Positions 51,740-60,507 of a stretch of 64,000 bases of DNA are shown here, piece after piece. The stretch lies in assembly GCA_964637135.1 (NCBI GenBank), contig CAZWTX010000002.1:62001-126000 (forward strand), read 5' to 3'. Under the pieces are notes generated by a model. That model was not told where the DNA came from and made no database searches. It worked only from the letters and a program-made list of their open reading frames with translations. Source of the stretch: an uncultured Methanospirillum sp. (lineage in GTDB: Archaea > Halobacteriota > Methanomicrobia > Methanomicrobiales > Methanospirillaceae). The position numbers and the translations under genes are program-made. How positions within the stretch are numbered: position 1 is the stretch's first letter; each line of letters starts with the position of its first letter.

Positions 51740-52834
51740 TTAATCGGTGAACAGTTCCGAACCCGGGCGAAGGCCGGGAACCGGTATGGCGGGTTTGAGA
51801 CGCCTGGTCAGAAACGGCCGGTCTGACCCCGGCAGCTCCCTGAACTCTGATACCAGCCCCATCTCTTTGATTGCACCAAGAACTCCCCGGAGCGTCCCGT
51901 ATACCGGCGATCCAACCCCTTTGATCTGCAGGGGGTAGGAATCGGGGATGACCGTTGCAAGGTTGTCTGCTCCGGCTGCCAGGGAGAATTTCACATTATC
52001 CGGACCGATAGTCGGTGTCGGAACGGTGATGCGGATTTCAGGATAGAGAATCCGGGTAATGGCAATGGTCTTCATCTGTTCGAGGATGGAGCAGGCGGGA
52101 TGGTTTTCCATCGGTGTTCCCAGGTACGGATTAAAACCCATGATTGGGATCTCACCGAGTGTGGAAAAGGAACGGAGGAACTGGAGATGACGGATACGAT
52201 CGAGGGAGGATTCTCCAACACCGATAAGGAGCCCGGAAGATAATTCAATCCCTTTTGAGGAGATAAGTTCACAGGTGGCAATCCTCTGCCTGAGCGTCTC
52301 ACCCGGTTTCAGGTACGAGAAGAGGGATTCGTTGGTTGTCTCAAGATTACAGCAAACGGTTTCTGTATCGACCGCTGCGATCTCGTCCAGGGTATCTGCC
52401 GTGATATCGGTGCCGACATTGATGATCAATTCCAGGGAGGTATTCTCTTTCACGATGCGTGCAGCAGTAACAGCGTGGGTACCCTGGTGGCCGTGTGCGC
52501 CGGAACAGCTGACCCGGGGAATCCCGGATTGTTCGATTATCCGGGCAGCCTGCACTATTTCCTCCCCAGTTTTATAAAAAGGGGAGTAATACCCGTTCTC
52601 CGAGGTCCCTGCAGCAAATCCACAATATTTACATTTCGGAGTGACGGCACACTGGTTCGTGATATGGATTGTTGATGTGAGTTTGATGTGGGGATGGTAC
52701 TGATTCCTGATATCACAAGCGGTCTCTACCAGGGAGACCAGTTCATCCTGACCGGTTATACCAAAGAGTTCAAGAAGATCGTGCCGGTCAGGCGGAGAAC
52801 CGGATTGGATTTTGCGTATAATTTTTTGTATCAT
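51740..52834 (-). CDS. hcgA: Radical SAM enzyme HcgA (HmdB)
   Basis: Atypical CX5CX2C motif (CAVTPKCKYC) characteristic of HcgA; RVSCSGAHG, CCNLET, GADNLATV. Confidence 0.93.
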   Translation of the reverse strand: MIQKIIRKIQSGSPPDRHDLLELFGITGQDELVSLVETACDIRNQYHPHIKLTSTIHITNQCAVTPKCKYCGFAAGTSENGYYSPFYKTGEEIVQAARIIEQSGIPRVSCSGAHGHQGTHAVTAARIVKENTSLELIINVGTDITADTLDEIAAVDTETVCCNLETTNESLFSYLKPGETLRQRIATCELISSKGIELSSGLLIGVGESSLDRIRHLQFLRSFSTLGEIPIMGFNPYLGTPMENHPACSILEQMKTIAITRILYPEIRITVPTPTIGPDNVKFSLAAGADNLATVIPDSYPLQIKGVGSPVYGTLRGVLGAIKEMGLVSEFRELPGSDRPFLTRRLKPAIPVPGLRPGSELFTD

Positions 52835-53029
52835 AGTGTCACCAATTTTTACAAAATTTAAATTTATCCATATTTCGTATTATCTTAAAAATATTTCTAA
52901 ACCCTCGTTTTTCTAATTATCGAGGGGAACACCCACCTATAAAAATGATCCATAAACGCATTTTTTTCATTTTTGGTTGGTTAAAAGCAGATTCAGATCA
53001 GAAGAGATATATCAATCTGGGACAATTCA

Positions 53030-53057
53030 TTGTTACTACTCTTATCATTGGTAACAC
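53030..53057. promoter_or_regulatory. NikR-like operator upstream of hmd
   Basis: TTGTTAC-N14-GTAACAC, followed by a second palindrome CACATATT-gg-AATATGTG (53055-53072). Confidence 0.6.
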
Positions 53058-53106
53058 ATATTGGAATATGTGCATGATCGGGTAGACAACCTATTGGAAT
53101 GTCATT

Positions 53107-54165
53107 ATGAAAGTTGCAATACTCGGCGCAGGATGTTACAGGACACATGCTGCTGCCGGAATCACAAACTTTGCACGGGCTTGTGCAGTTGCTGAGAAAG
53201 TAAAAAAACCAGAGATCTCGATGACCCATTCAACCATGATTATGGGAGCCGAACTGAAGGAACTGGCAGGGATCAAGGATATTACGATATCTGACCCGAT
53301 ATTTGACAATCAGTTCACCGTAATCGACGACTTTGCCTATGAGGATGTGATGAAAGCTCATAAGGCAGGCCAGCCGGAGAGCATTATGCCCAAGATCCGT
53401 GAGAAGGTAAAAGCGGTTGCAAAAGACCTCCCAAAACCACCAAAGGGAGCCATACATTTCACTCACCCGGAGAAACTCGGATTCAAGATTACCACAGATG
53501 ACAAGGAAGCAGTTGCCGATGCAGACTGGATCATCACCTGGCTTCCGAAAGGTGATATGCAGAAGGGAATCATCGAGAAATTTGCAGGAAATATCAAGGA
53601 AGGGGCGATCATCACCCATGCCTGTACGATTCCCACAACAAAGTTCTACGGGATCTTTGAAGAACTCAACCTGATCAATTCGAAGAAGGTCCAAGTCTCG
53701 TCGTACCATCCGGGAGCTGTTCCGGAGATGAAAGGCCAGGCATTCATCTCGGAAGGCTACGCCTCTGAGGCGACTATTAACAAGCTCTTTGAGATGGGAA
53801 CCACCGCACGGGGCGAGGCATTCAAACTGCCGGCAGAACTTCTCGGACCGGTATGTGATATGTGTGCCGCCCTGACGGCAATCACCTATGCCGGCCTGCT
53901 TACCTACCGGGATTCAGTCATGAATGTACTCGGTGCCCCGGCCGGGTTCACCCAGATGATGGCCAGGGAATCCCTCGAACAGGTCAATGCGCTCATGAAC
54001 AAGGTCGGGATCAAGAACCTGGAAGAACACCTGGATCCGGGAGTATTCCTCGGAACAGCTGACTCCATGAATTTCGGAGCCGTCGGAGAAGTCCTGCCGA
54101 CTGTTCTCGAGGTACTGGGTAAGCGGAAGGGAAAATCCTGTACACCTGACGGCATGTGTAAATAA
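53107..54165 (+). CDS. hmd: [Fe]-hydrogenase, H2-forming methylene-H4MPT dehydrogenase
   Basis: MKVAILGAGCYRTHAAAGITNFARA, TWLPKG, Fe-ligand region THACTIPT, SYHPGAVPEMKGQ, GPVCDMC, GTADSMNFG. Confidence 0.97.
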   Translation: MKVAILGAGCYRTHAAAGITNFARACAVAEKVKKPEISMTHSTMIMGAELKELAGIKDITISDPIFDNQFTVIDDFAYEDVMKAHKAGQPESIMPKIREKVKAVAKDLPKPPKGAIHFTHPEKLGFKITTDDKEAVADADWIITWLPKGDMQKGIIEKFAGNIKEGAIITHACTIPTTKFYGIFEELNLINSKKVQVSSYHPGAVPEMKGQAFISEGYASEATINKLFEMGTTARGEAFKLPAELLGPVCDMCAALTAITYAGLLTYRDSVMNVLGAPAGFTQMMARESLEQVNALMNKVGIKNLEEHLDPGVFLGTADSMNFGAVGEVLPTVLEVLGKRKGKSCTPDGMCK

Positions 54166-54361
54166 TCACCACATCCCGGAGCAGATGGCTGGGTCATTTC
54201 GAGATGAACAGATATCGGCATCTCCCGGACCGACCGGCCTGACCAAATCATGCACTTCCATATGCCACCCGGGATCCATTCCCGATCCCGGGAAGAAACT
54301 CCGGACAGGGGATATCGGCCCGTGATCATCCCCTTTCCCCGGTTCAATCCTGAGAGAACTG

Positions 54362-54919
54362 ATGAAACCGGATGAGCACGGTTGGATACCGGGCCCTGAG
54401 ATCGTGATCGCCGGCTGTGGGAACCCGGTTTTTGCCGATGACGGATTCGGACCTGCAGTTATCAGGGTGTTATCATTTCTTGTTCTTCCGCAAACCGTCA
54501 AGCCGATTGATGCAGGTATCTGCGGGCCTGATTTGATCTTTCCCTTTCTCGATCCGGCGATAACCAGAACCCTCATCATCATTGATACATTAGATTCCAG
54601 ATCGGTTCCTGGTACGGTGATCCTGCTGCAGCCGGAAACGCTCAGGGAGACTGCCCTTACAGATGCCATTCCGGGAGGAATTGCCAGTTCAATCCAATCC
54701 CTGCCACCAGGAATCACCACCTATCTGATCGGATGCCAACCGGGAGAAATATCCTATCCGTTCATGCGGATCGGCCTTTCTGATCCGGTCAGGATGGCAA
54801 TTCCCCGTACAGTGGAGATGGTGATGGATATCCTTGCAGAATGCACCGGGGATATACAGGAGATTGTCTGCCCGGGTGTCCCGCGTTATAAATCATTAGG
54901 ATCCGGTATATCCGGATAG
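54362..54919 (+). CDS. Hydrogenase maturation protease family protein, FrhD-like (divergent)
   Basis: IAGCGNPVFADDGFGP, IDAG, IIIDT, PGTV, LIGCQP, IGLSDPV. Confidence 0.82.
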   Translation: MKPDEHGWIPGPEIVIAGCGNPVFADDGFGPAVIRVLSFLVLPQTVKPIDAGICGPDLIFPFLDPAITRTLIIIDTLDSRSVPGTVILLQPETLRETALTDAIPGGIASSIQSLPPGITTYLIGCQPGEISYPFMRIGLSDPVRMAIPRTVEMVMDILAECTGDIQEIVCPGVPRYKSLGSGISG

Positions 54920-55448
54920 AAAATCCGACAATCAGGCCGAAAAAGGTACCTTTTTTCTCATCCGGGACAGAGAGGTTTTCTAACTCCCCGTCTGTCCCAG
55001 TATTAAAACCGAAGAAGACCGGGAAGATCATACAACTCACGGGTTTTGGTCATGATCTCAATACCTTCATATAGGATACCAACATCCATACGGGGATTCC
55101 GGACACCCGATATACATATGAAACGACAAGAGTTGAGCAGATGGCGGGGGATACCTGAACCGAATGAAGCCTACCCAACAGGGTAGCAGGCACCTCCGCC
55201 ATGTGAAAAGTGCTCACAGAATCACATGATATGATCCTGAATCACGATTTACCATGGAAGTTACCATGAATGATAACCCCATGAGGAGTGCATATGATAG
55301 TACATATGCAGTTATATATTTATCACACTAAATCATAATAAGTTTCCTATCTCTCATACGATAGTCGCCCTGACACGGATACTCCTAATATACTGATTTT
55401 TTCACTCATCACCCATAACGGGCGATAATCTTACCACGATCTACTGAA

Positions 55449-55475
55449 GTATTACTAAAATAAAAAAAGTAATAA
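55449..55475. promoter_or_regulatory. NikR-like palindrome
   Basis: GTATTAC-N13-GTAATAA. Confidence 0.55.
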
Positions 55476-56081
55476 CCTATATCTCCTCTAAGAGTACACG
55501 TACCAGTAACAGGAGAACACCTTGATGAGCAGGTGATCACTGTTACACACATACCAGTCAGAGAGGATACATCAGGTCACACTCATGGAACAGTTGGTTT
55601 CATCCGGTTAATTCCGGCCAGAGGGACATCAGCCGGAGGTACCTGCTGTTCGTGGGAGCATCAGACACAACCAGTCACGTTTCAAAATGCCTTCACCATG
55701 CCTGATCTGCCGATCCCTATGAGGGTCTCATTCGGTAACGGTATAGAGGGAGATGTGGCAGAAACCTGGTTCGTCGACATGACTCCGGCTCATCCGAGGA
55801 GATCCTGAAGGAAATTCTCACAGTACCACGAACGAGGACAAGAGCGTTCGCCGGGTTCAGAAGGAGAAGGTTTCCTTCCCTTCTGCACTCAACAGTTCAG
55901 GACTATCTCTTCTCACAGAAATCCCGGAAGGGATTCTTCATCAATGGTTATCACCACCGTTGGGGATGATATCAGATTAACCACGGTATGACAATCAGCA
56001 GTCACAGACGGATGGTGTCGTGATGATACCTGCCTGCATGAGAGATATTTAGAATACATTTTAAGATAAAATGGTTATTTT

Positions 56082-56108
56082 TTATTACGAATTTTAATAT
56101 CGTGATAA
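56082..56108. promoter_or_regulatory. NikR-like palindrome upstream of the mcrD paralogue
   Basis: TTATTAC-N13-GTGATAA. Confidence 0.5.
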
Positions 56109-56189
56109 CTTTTTTACCATGGAAGTTATATGATACCATACCGGAAGATCCCATCCCCGGGGATCACCGGAGAAAAAAGGAGTTACGCA

Positions 56190-56675
56190 ATGGAGCCCGA
56201 ATCATACCCCCAATGCCGGATTGTCCCTATCCGGATGCTTCAGTCAGATACTGCCGAGAAATTTCTTGACGGAATTGCCTGCATTCCAGGAATCCGAAGA
56301 ATGCTTGTGCATGGACCAGGGTATCTTGACAAGGTTCCCTGCAGGCCACGCGATCTCTGCGAGATAGGAATCCCGGCCTATAAAGAAGTGAAAATATCGG
56401 AGCAGCCGATCAGGATGTATGTCCTGATGGGTGATGTGATCATCGAGGCATTTGATGAAAAAGTGTTTGATACGGTTGCCGATTACTGTACCGAATTCTT
56501 CGATGACTTTTCATTCCAGATCCTGGTGGGAACATTCCTGAAAACTGAACCATCCCTCGCTGATTACCTCATCGAGAAGAAGCAGGAACCAGAACTGGTC
56601 GGGATGTCTGATTACCACCAGGGAGTGTATCCCACGGTGATAAGGCAGGATATTCCGGAGATCTGCAACACCTGA
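56190..56675 (+). CDS. mcrD: Methyl-coenzyme M reductase operon protein D paralogue (stand-alone, divergent)
   Basis: YPQCRIVP.RML...TAEKFL..I..IPGIRRM..HGP, GDVIIE, GTFLKTEPSLADY and GMSD match the McrD pattern. AGGAG RBS before ATG 56190. Confidence 0.82.
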   Translation: MEPESYPQCRIVPIRMLQSDTAEKFLDGIACIPGIRRMLVHGPGYLDKVPCRPRDLCEIGIPAYKEVKISEQPIRMYVLMGDVIIEAFDEKVFDTVADYCTEFFDDFSFQILVGTFLKTEPSLADYLIEKKQEPELVGMSDYHQGVYPTVIRQDIPEICNT

Positions 56676-56940
56676 TCATCTCTTTTTTCAAGGTATACGG
56701 TTGATGGTCCCGGGCCTTATAAAGCAGGGCAGGGGATGTTTTCCGTTGAGGTTCTCCCTGACACCAGTACTCCGAATCTTTATCCGGATGAGGCAGATTC
56801 ACGGATCATTCCCCAGGTATTCGGAATACAATCCTTTCCATCCGTCTGTGCCAGAGGATCGTAAAAACCGGGATATCCCGGAATTGTACCGGTCGGCACC
56901 GGAATTCCAGTATGCATTAACGTGTTCTTTCAGGGCCATA

Positions 56941-57750
56941 TCAGTTCATCTCCCCGGCCGGCTTTTTTCCAGACACGATGCAGTACGGAACATCATATGA
57001 CAGTCTGTTGATCCTGGGCATATACCGTCGCTGAATCTCCTGGATGTGAATCAGATCCTCATGCGAGAGACTGACAAACCCATTCCGCGTAAGACAGGAT
57101 CCTATCTGATCCATCGTCGGCCCTGAATAGTACGGAAGTGCCTTCTTAAGATCGTCATCATAAAATTTCGACTTCTGTCTTCCTTTCTCGGTCAGGAACG
57201 TGTACGCACCACTGATCCATCGCCCAATCTGTTGCCTGATACCTGAATGATACCAGTTCCCGTCGATAACCAGAAGTGTTCCGTCAGGTTTCAGGACCCG
57301 TTTCCATTCCTGGATCGCTTTGTCCGGATGGGGAAGGGTCCAGAAGAGATGACGGTTGAGGATCACATCCATGGAACTGTCAGGCCATGAGAGCGATTCC
57401 GCATCCCCCATCTCGAACTGGATAGAATAATCCAGGGATAATGCCTTGTTCCTCGCTTTAGCCAGCATCTGTTCGGAGAGATCCACCCCGGTCACCTGAT
57501 GGCCCATTCCGGCAAGAAGGATACTCATCTCCCCGGTACCACAGCCGACATCGAGGATCCGCATCGAATCTCCGGGGATCTTCTGCCTGAGAAGATCAAT
57601 CCATGCCTCTTTCTCTTCATCGGTCTGGATCCCATGGGCATGATGGGTATCATACTGCTGCGAGGAGACATCCCATCTCTTCCGGATCTTCTCCTTGATC
57701 TCTGCATCCATGACAGAACCCGGCCCGTCTCCCGGCATGGTTTCAGCCAT
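56941..57750 (-). CDS. Class I SAM-dependent methyltransferase (paralogue of 11735..12499)
   Basis: WDVSSQQYDTHHAHG, ILDVGCGTG, NRHLFWTLP, EWKRVLKP. Confidence 0.92.
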   Translation of the reverse strand: MAETMPGDGPGSVMDAEIKEKIRKRWDVSSQQYDTHHAHGIQTDEEKEAWIDLLRQKIPGDSMRILDVGCGTGEMSILLAGMGHQVTGVDLSEQMLAKARNKALSLDYSIQFEMGDAESLSWPDSSMDVILNRHLFWTLPHPDKAIQEWKRVLKPDGTLLVIDGNWYHSGIRQQIGRWISGAYTFLTEKGRQKSKFYDDDLKKALPYYSGPTMDQIGSCLTRNGFVSLSHEDLIHIQEIQRRYMPRINRLSYDVPYCIVSGKKPAGEMN

Positions 57751-57751
57751 G

Positions 57752-58624
57752 TTATTCTGCCTCCCACATTCCAGGCTGTCTTACCGAAGGATCCCACCAG
57801 ACCACCGCAGTCTTATACGTTCTCATAATCCGCCTGCCTTCGGGGAGATCCATCGCGGTTTTATCGAGATGTCGCCTGATCTTCTCTTCTACCTCCGGAG
57901 TGAATTCCATATAGATCGAGTAAAAAACCCGGTACATGGTCATCAGGCGGTCGATAGACCGGACACTTGACGACGAGATGATCTCGACATGGGGAATACG
58001 GCCATTCTGGTAGAGAATGTTGTAGATATACGGGTACTCGGGGTACTGGGGATATGGCGTATCACCCATGATGCTCTGCCATAGCATTAGTTCCTCACCG
58101 CCGGCGGATCCAAATCCGGCAGCAATACAGCAATGGCCCCGGGATACCTCCTCCATCCTCCGGACCTGGTTCATGATATCGCGAAACATCCAGATCACCG
58201 TGGAGGTGATAACCAGATCAAAAGAGCGGGAGTGCTTTTTGGTATCAACATCCTGCCAGATTGCAGGGATAATGGTGTAGTTTGTAACTCCGGCCTCGGC
58301 AGCATTCTCATGGATTCTGGCAATCATTCCTTCCGCAGGTTCGATTGCCGTATATTGTTCTGCATAGGGAGCGATAGGAATCACAAAGGTTCCCGGACCG
58401 GACCCGATCTCGGCAACCGCCCCGTTCTGCCGGAGAATCTTCCGGCGGAGCAGGAGATCAGCAACTTTACGTCCGAACTCATATTCGTTCGACCGACGCG
58501 CTTCAGAGTAATCCTCCGAGCGCTCTGTCCAGTCATCGACCTGGTAATCACGCTGCATAGTCCGGGACCGGGCATCATAGAGCTCTTCCCATACCTGTTC
58601 CCAGTCGATGACAGACCCGCTCAT
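57752..58624 (-). CDS. Class I SAM-dependent methyltransferase
   Basis: DWEQVW..DDWTERSEDY, AEIGSGPG, IEPAEGM, FDLV. Confidence 0.88.
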   Translation of the reverse strand: MSGSVIDWEQVWEELYDARSRTMQRDYQVDDWTERSEDYSEARRSNEYEFGRKVADLLLRRKILRQNGAVAEIGSGPGTFVIPIAPYAEQYTAIEPAEGMIARIHENAAEAGVTNYTIIPAIWQDVDTKKHSRSFDLVITSTVIWMFRDIMNQVRRMEEVSRGHCCIAAGFGSAGGEELMLWQSIMGDTPYPQYPEYPYIYNILYQNGRIPHVEIISSSSVRSIDRLMTMYRVFYSIYMEFTPEVEEKIRRHLDKTAMDLPEGRRIMRTYKTAVVWWDPSVRQPGMWEAE

Positions 58625-59442
58625 GACCCCACCTTCCACCACATCAGTCCCATCAGTCCTGAACCAGAATACATGTCGTCCACCAGCCGGGAGAGAACAT
58701 ATTCGCTGATGATCGAACGGTCCTCTTCAGTAACCGGATGGTACTTCTGGACTACCAGTTCCATAGCGGTGAGAATGGATTCTTTCGATCTTCTGGTGGT
58801 GTACGGGATAACTTCAACATTCGGGGGCATATCATGCTGGTTGAAGAGGTTGAAAAGCGTGTGAAACTGGTCAAACTCCGGTTCGGAAACACCGAGGCGG
58901 GAATAGAGATCGACCGTATCTGCATCGGAGCCAAACCCGCCGGCGATAACACAACAACCACGGGAGGCCTGGTGCATCCGTTTCACCTGCTGTAATATAT
59001 CCGGAAAATGCCAGAGCGAGTGGCAACAGAGAACCAGATCATATCTTTTTTCGTATCCGGAAATGTCGATGTTCTGCCAGGTACTCTGGATGGAGGTAAT
59101 ATTCATCAGGTTTTCATTCCGGGCATTTCTTTCCAGCTCCTGGATCATCTGGAACGCCGGTTCAATGGCAGTCACCTGCCGGGCAGACCGGGCAAACGGA
59201 ATGGTCAAGGCCCCGGGTCCGGAACCGATGTCAAGAACTTGGGAATCAGGTGAGAATATTCCCTGCTTGTGGCAGAATGAACATATCTTCTCGCCGTGTT
59301 CAAACCGGCTGTTTCGGACCATGTCGGTATAGTCTGCAGCCCGCTTCTCCCAGTAATCCACTGATGTCCGGGTAGCCATCTCGCGGATTGAATTCTCCCA
59401 GAGATTATCCCACCGGATTGTTTCTGTCCTGTTCATGATCAT
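58621..59442 (-). CDS. Class I SAM-dependent methyltransferase
   Basis: YWEKRAADY, VLDIGSGPG, IEPAFQM, YDLV. Confidence 0.9.
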   Translation of the reverse strand: MIMNRTETIRWDNLWENSIREMATRTSVDYWEKRAADYTDMVRNSRFEHGEKICSFCHKQGIFSPDSQVLDIGSGPGALTIPFARSARQVTAIEPAFQMIQELERNARNENLMNITSIQSTWQNIDISGYEKRYDLVLCCHSLWHFPDILQQVKRMHQASRGCCVIAGGFGSDADTVDLYSRLGVSEPEFDQFHTLFNLFNQHDMPPNVEVIPYTTRRSKESILTAMELVVQKYHPVTEEDRSIISEYVLSRLVDDMYSGSGLMGLMWWKVGS

Positions 59443-59553
59443 ACATCCAAGCTCCCAAACGATTCTGTATACATCGGAAAAGATACAAATCTCAGATTGA
59501 ATGAGAGCACATAATAATAATTTTCTTACATTAGTACCACTAATAGTTCACGA

Positions 59554-60507
59554 ATGAACCCTGTGATCGAGATATCTGATCTGACCGTAACGTTTAATGG
59601 GTCTGCATACCGGCTGACTGCACTGGACGACGTGCATCTCTCCATCCGGTCAGGAGAGACCGTTGCAATTATCGGTGAAAGCGGAAGCGGAAAATCAGTT
59701 CTTGGCCTCTCGATCCTCGGTCTTCTTCCCGATTCTGCTGAAGTCAGCGGAACGATCAGGTATGAAGGAATGAATCTTGTTACCGCCACATATCATGAGC
59801 TGGAACGGATACGGGGAGGAGCGATGGCCTGGATACCTCAGAATCCAAAAACGGGATTCAATCCATCGATGAAGATGTGGAAACAGATAACTGAACCACA
59901 GGTGATTCATACTTCCCGGTCCTGGTCATCTGCCCGGCAGCAGGCGAAAAAGCTCCTGGAACAATTCCGTATTTTGCCCGCAGAAGAGTGGGCTGAGGCA
60001 TATCCGATCACATATAGCGGGGGAATGCTTCAACGTGCCATGGTGGCCATGGGAATATCTGCCGATCCACGGATCATTATTGCAGACGAACCCACGAAAG
60101 GCATTGATCAGATCAATAAGACTGATGTCACGGAAATTTTTGCCGGACTAAAAGAAAAGGAGATTACCCAGATTCTCATCACTCATGATCTGGATTTTGC
60201 TGCCGCACTCGCCGATCGCATCGTGGTAATCTATTGCGGCGAGATCGTAGAAATAGCAGGGAGAGAACAGTTTTTTTCATCTCCCCGGCATCCGTATTCA
60301 CGTGCACTACTCAAATCGCTTCCCCAGAACGGCCTCACGCCGATTCCAGGTTCATCCCCACCGCTTCATATCGCGTTTACCGGATGCCGGTACAGGGACA
60401 GATGTGAAGTGTGCCGTGAAGAATGCAGCGTGAAGATCCCGTTTATGTCTGTTGGTAATGATTATGTCAGATGTATCTCCTACGATAATCGGATCCGGGA
60501 TCAGTAA
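59554..60507 (+). CDS. Nickel/peptide ABC ATPase (DppD/NikD-like)
   Basis: GESGSGKS, YSGGMLQR, IADEPTKG, HPYS, CRYRDRC. Confidence 0.92.
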   Translation: MNPVIEISDLTVTFNGSAYRLTALDDVHLSIRSGETVAIIGESGSGKSVLGLSILGLLPDSAEVSGTIRYEGMNLVTATYHELERIRGGAMAWIPQNPKTGFNPSMKMWKQITEPQVIHTSRSWSSARQQAKKLLEQFRILPAEEWAEAYPITYSGGMLQRAMVAMGISADPRIIIADEPTKGIDQINKTDVTEIFAGLKEKEITQILITHDLDFAAALADRIVVIYCGEIVEIAGREQFFSSPRHPYSRALLKSLPQNGLTPIPGSSPPLHIAFTGCRYRDRCEVCREECSVKIPFMSVGNDYVRCISYDNRIRDQ

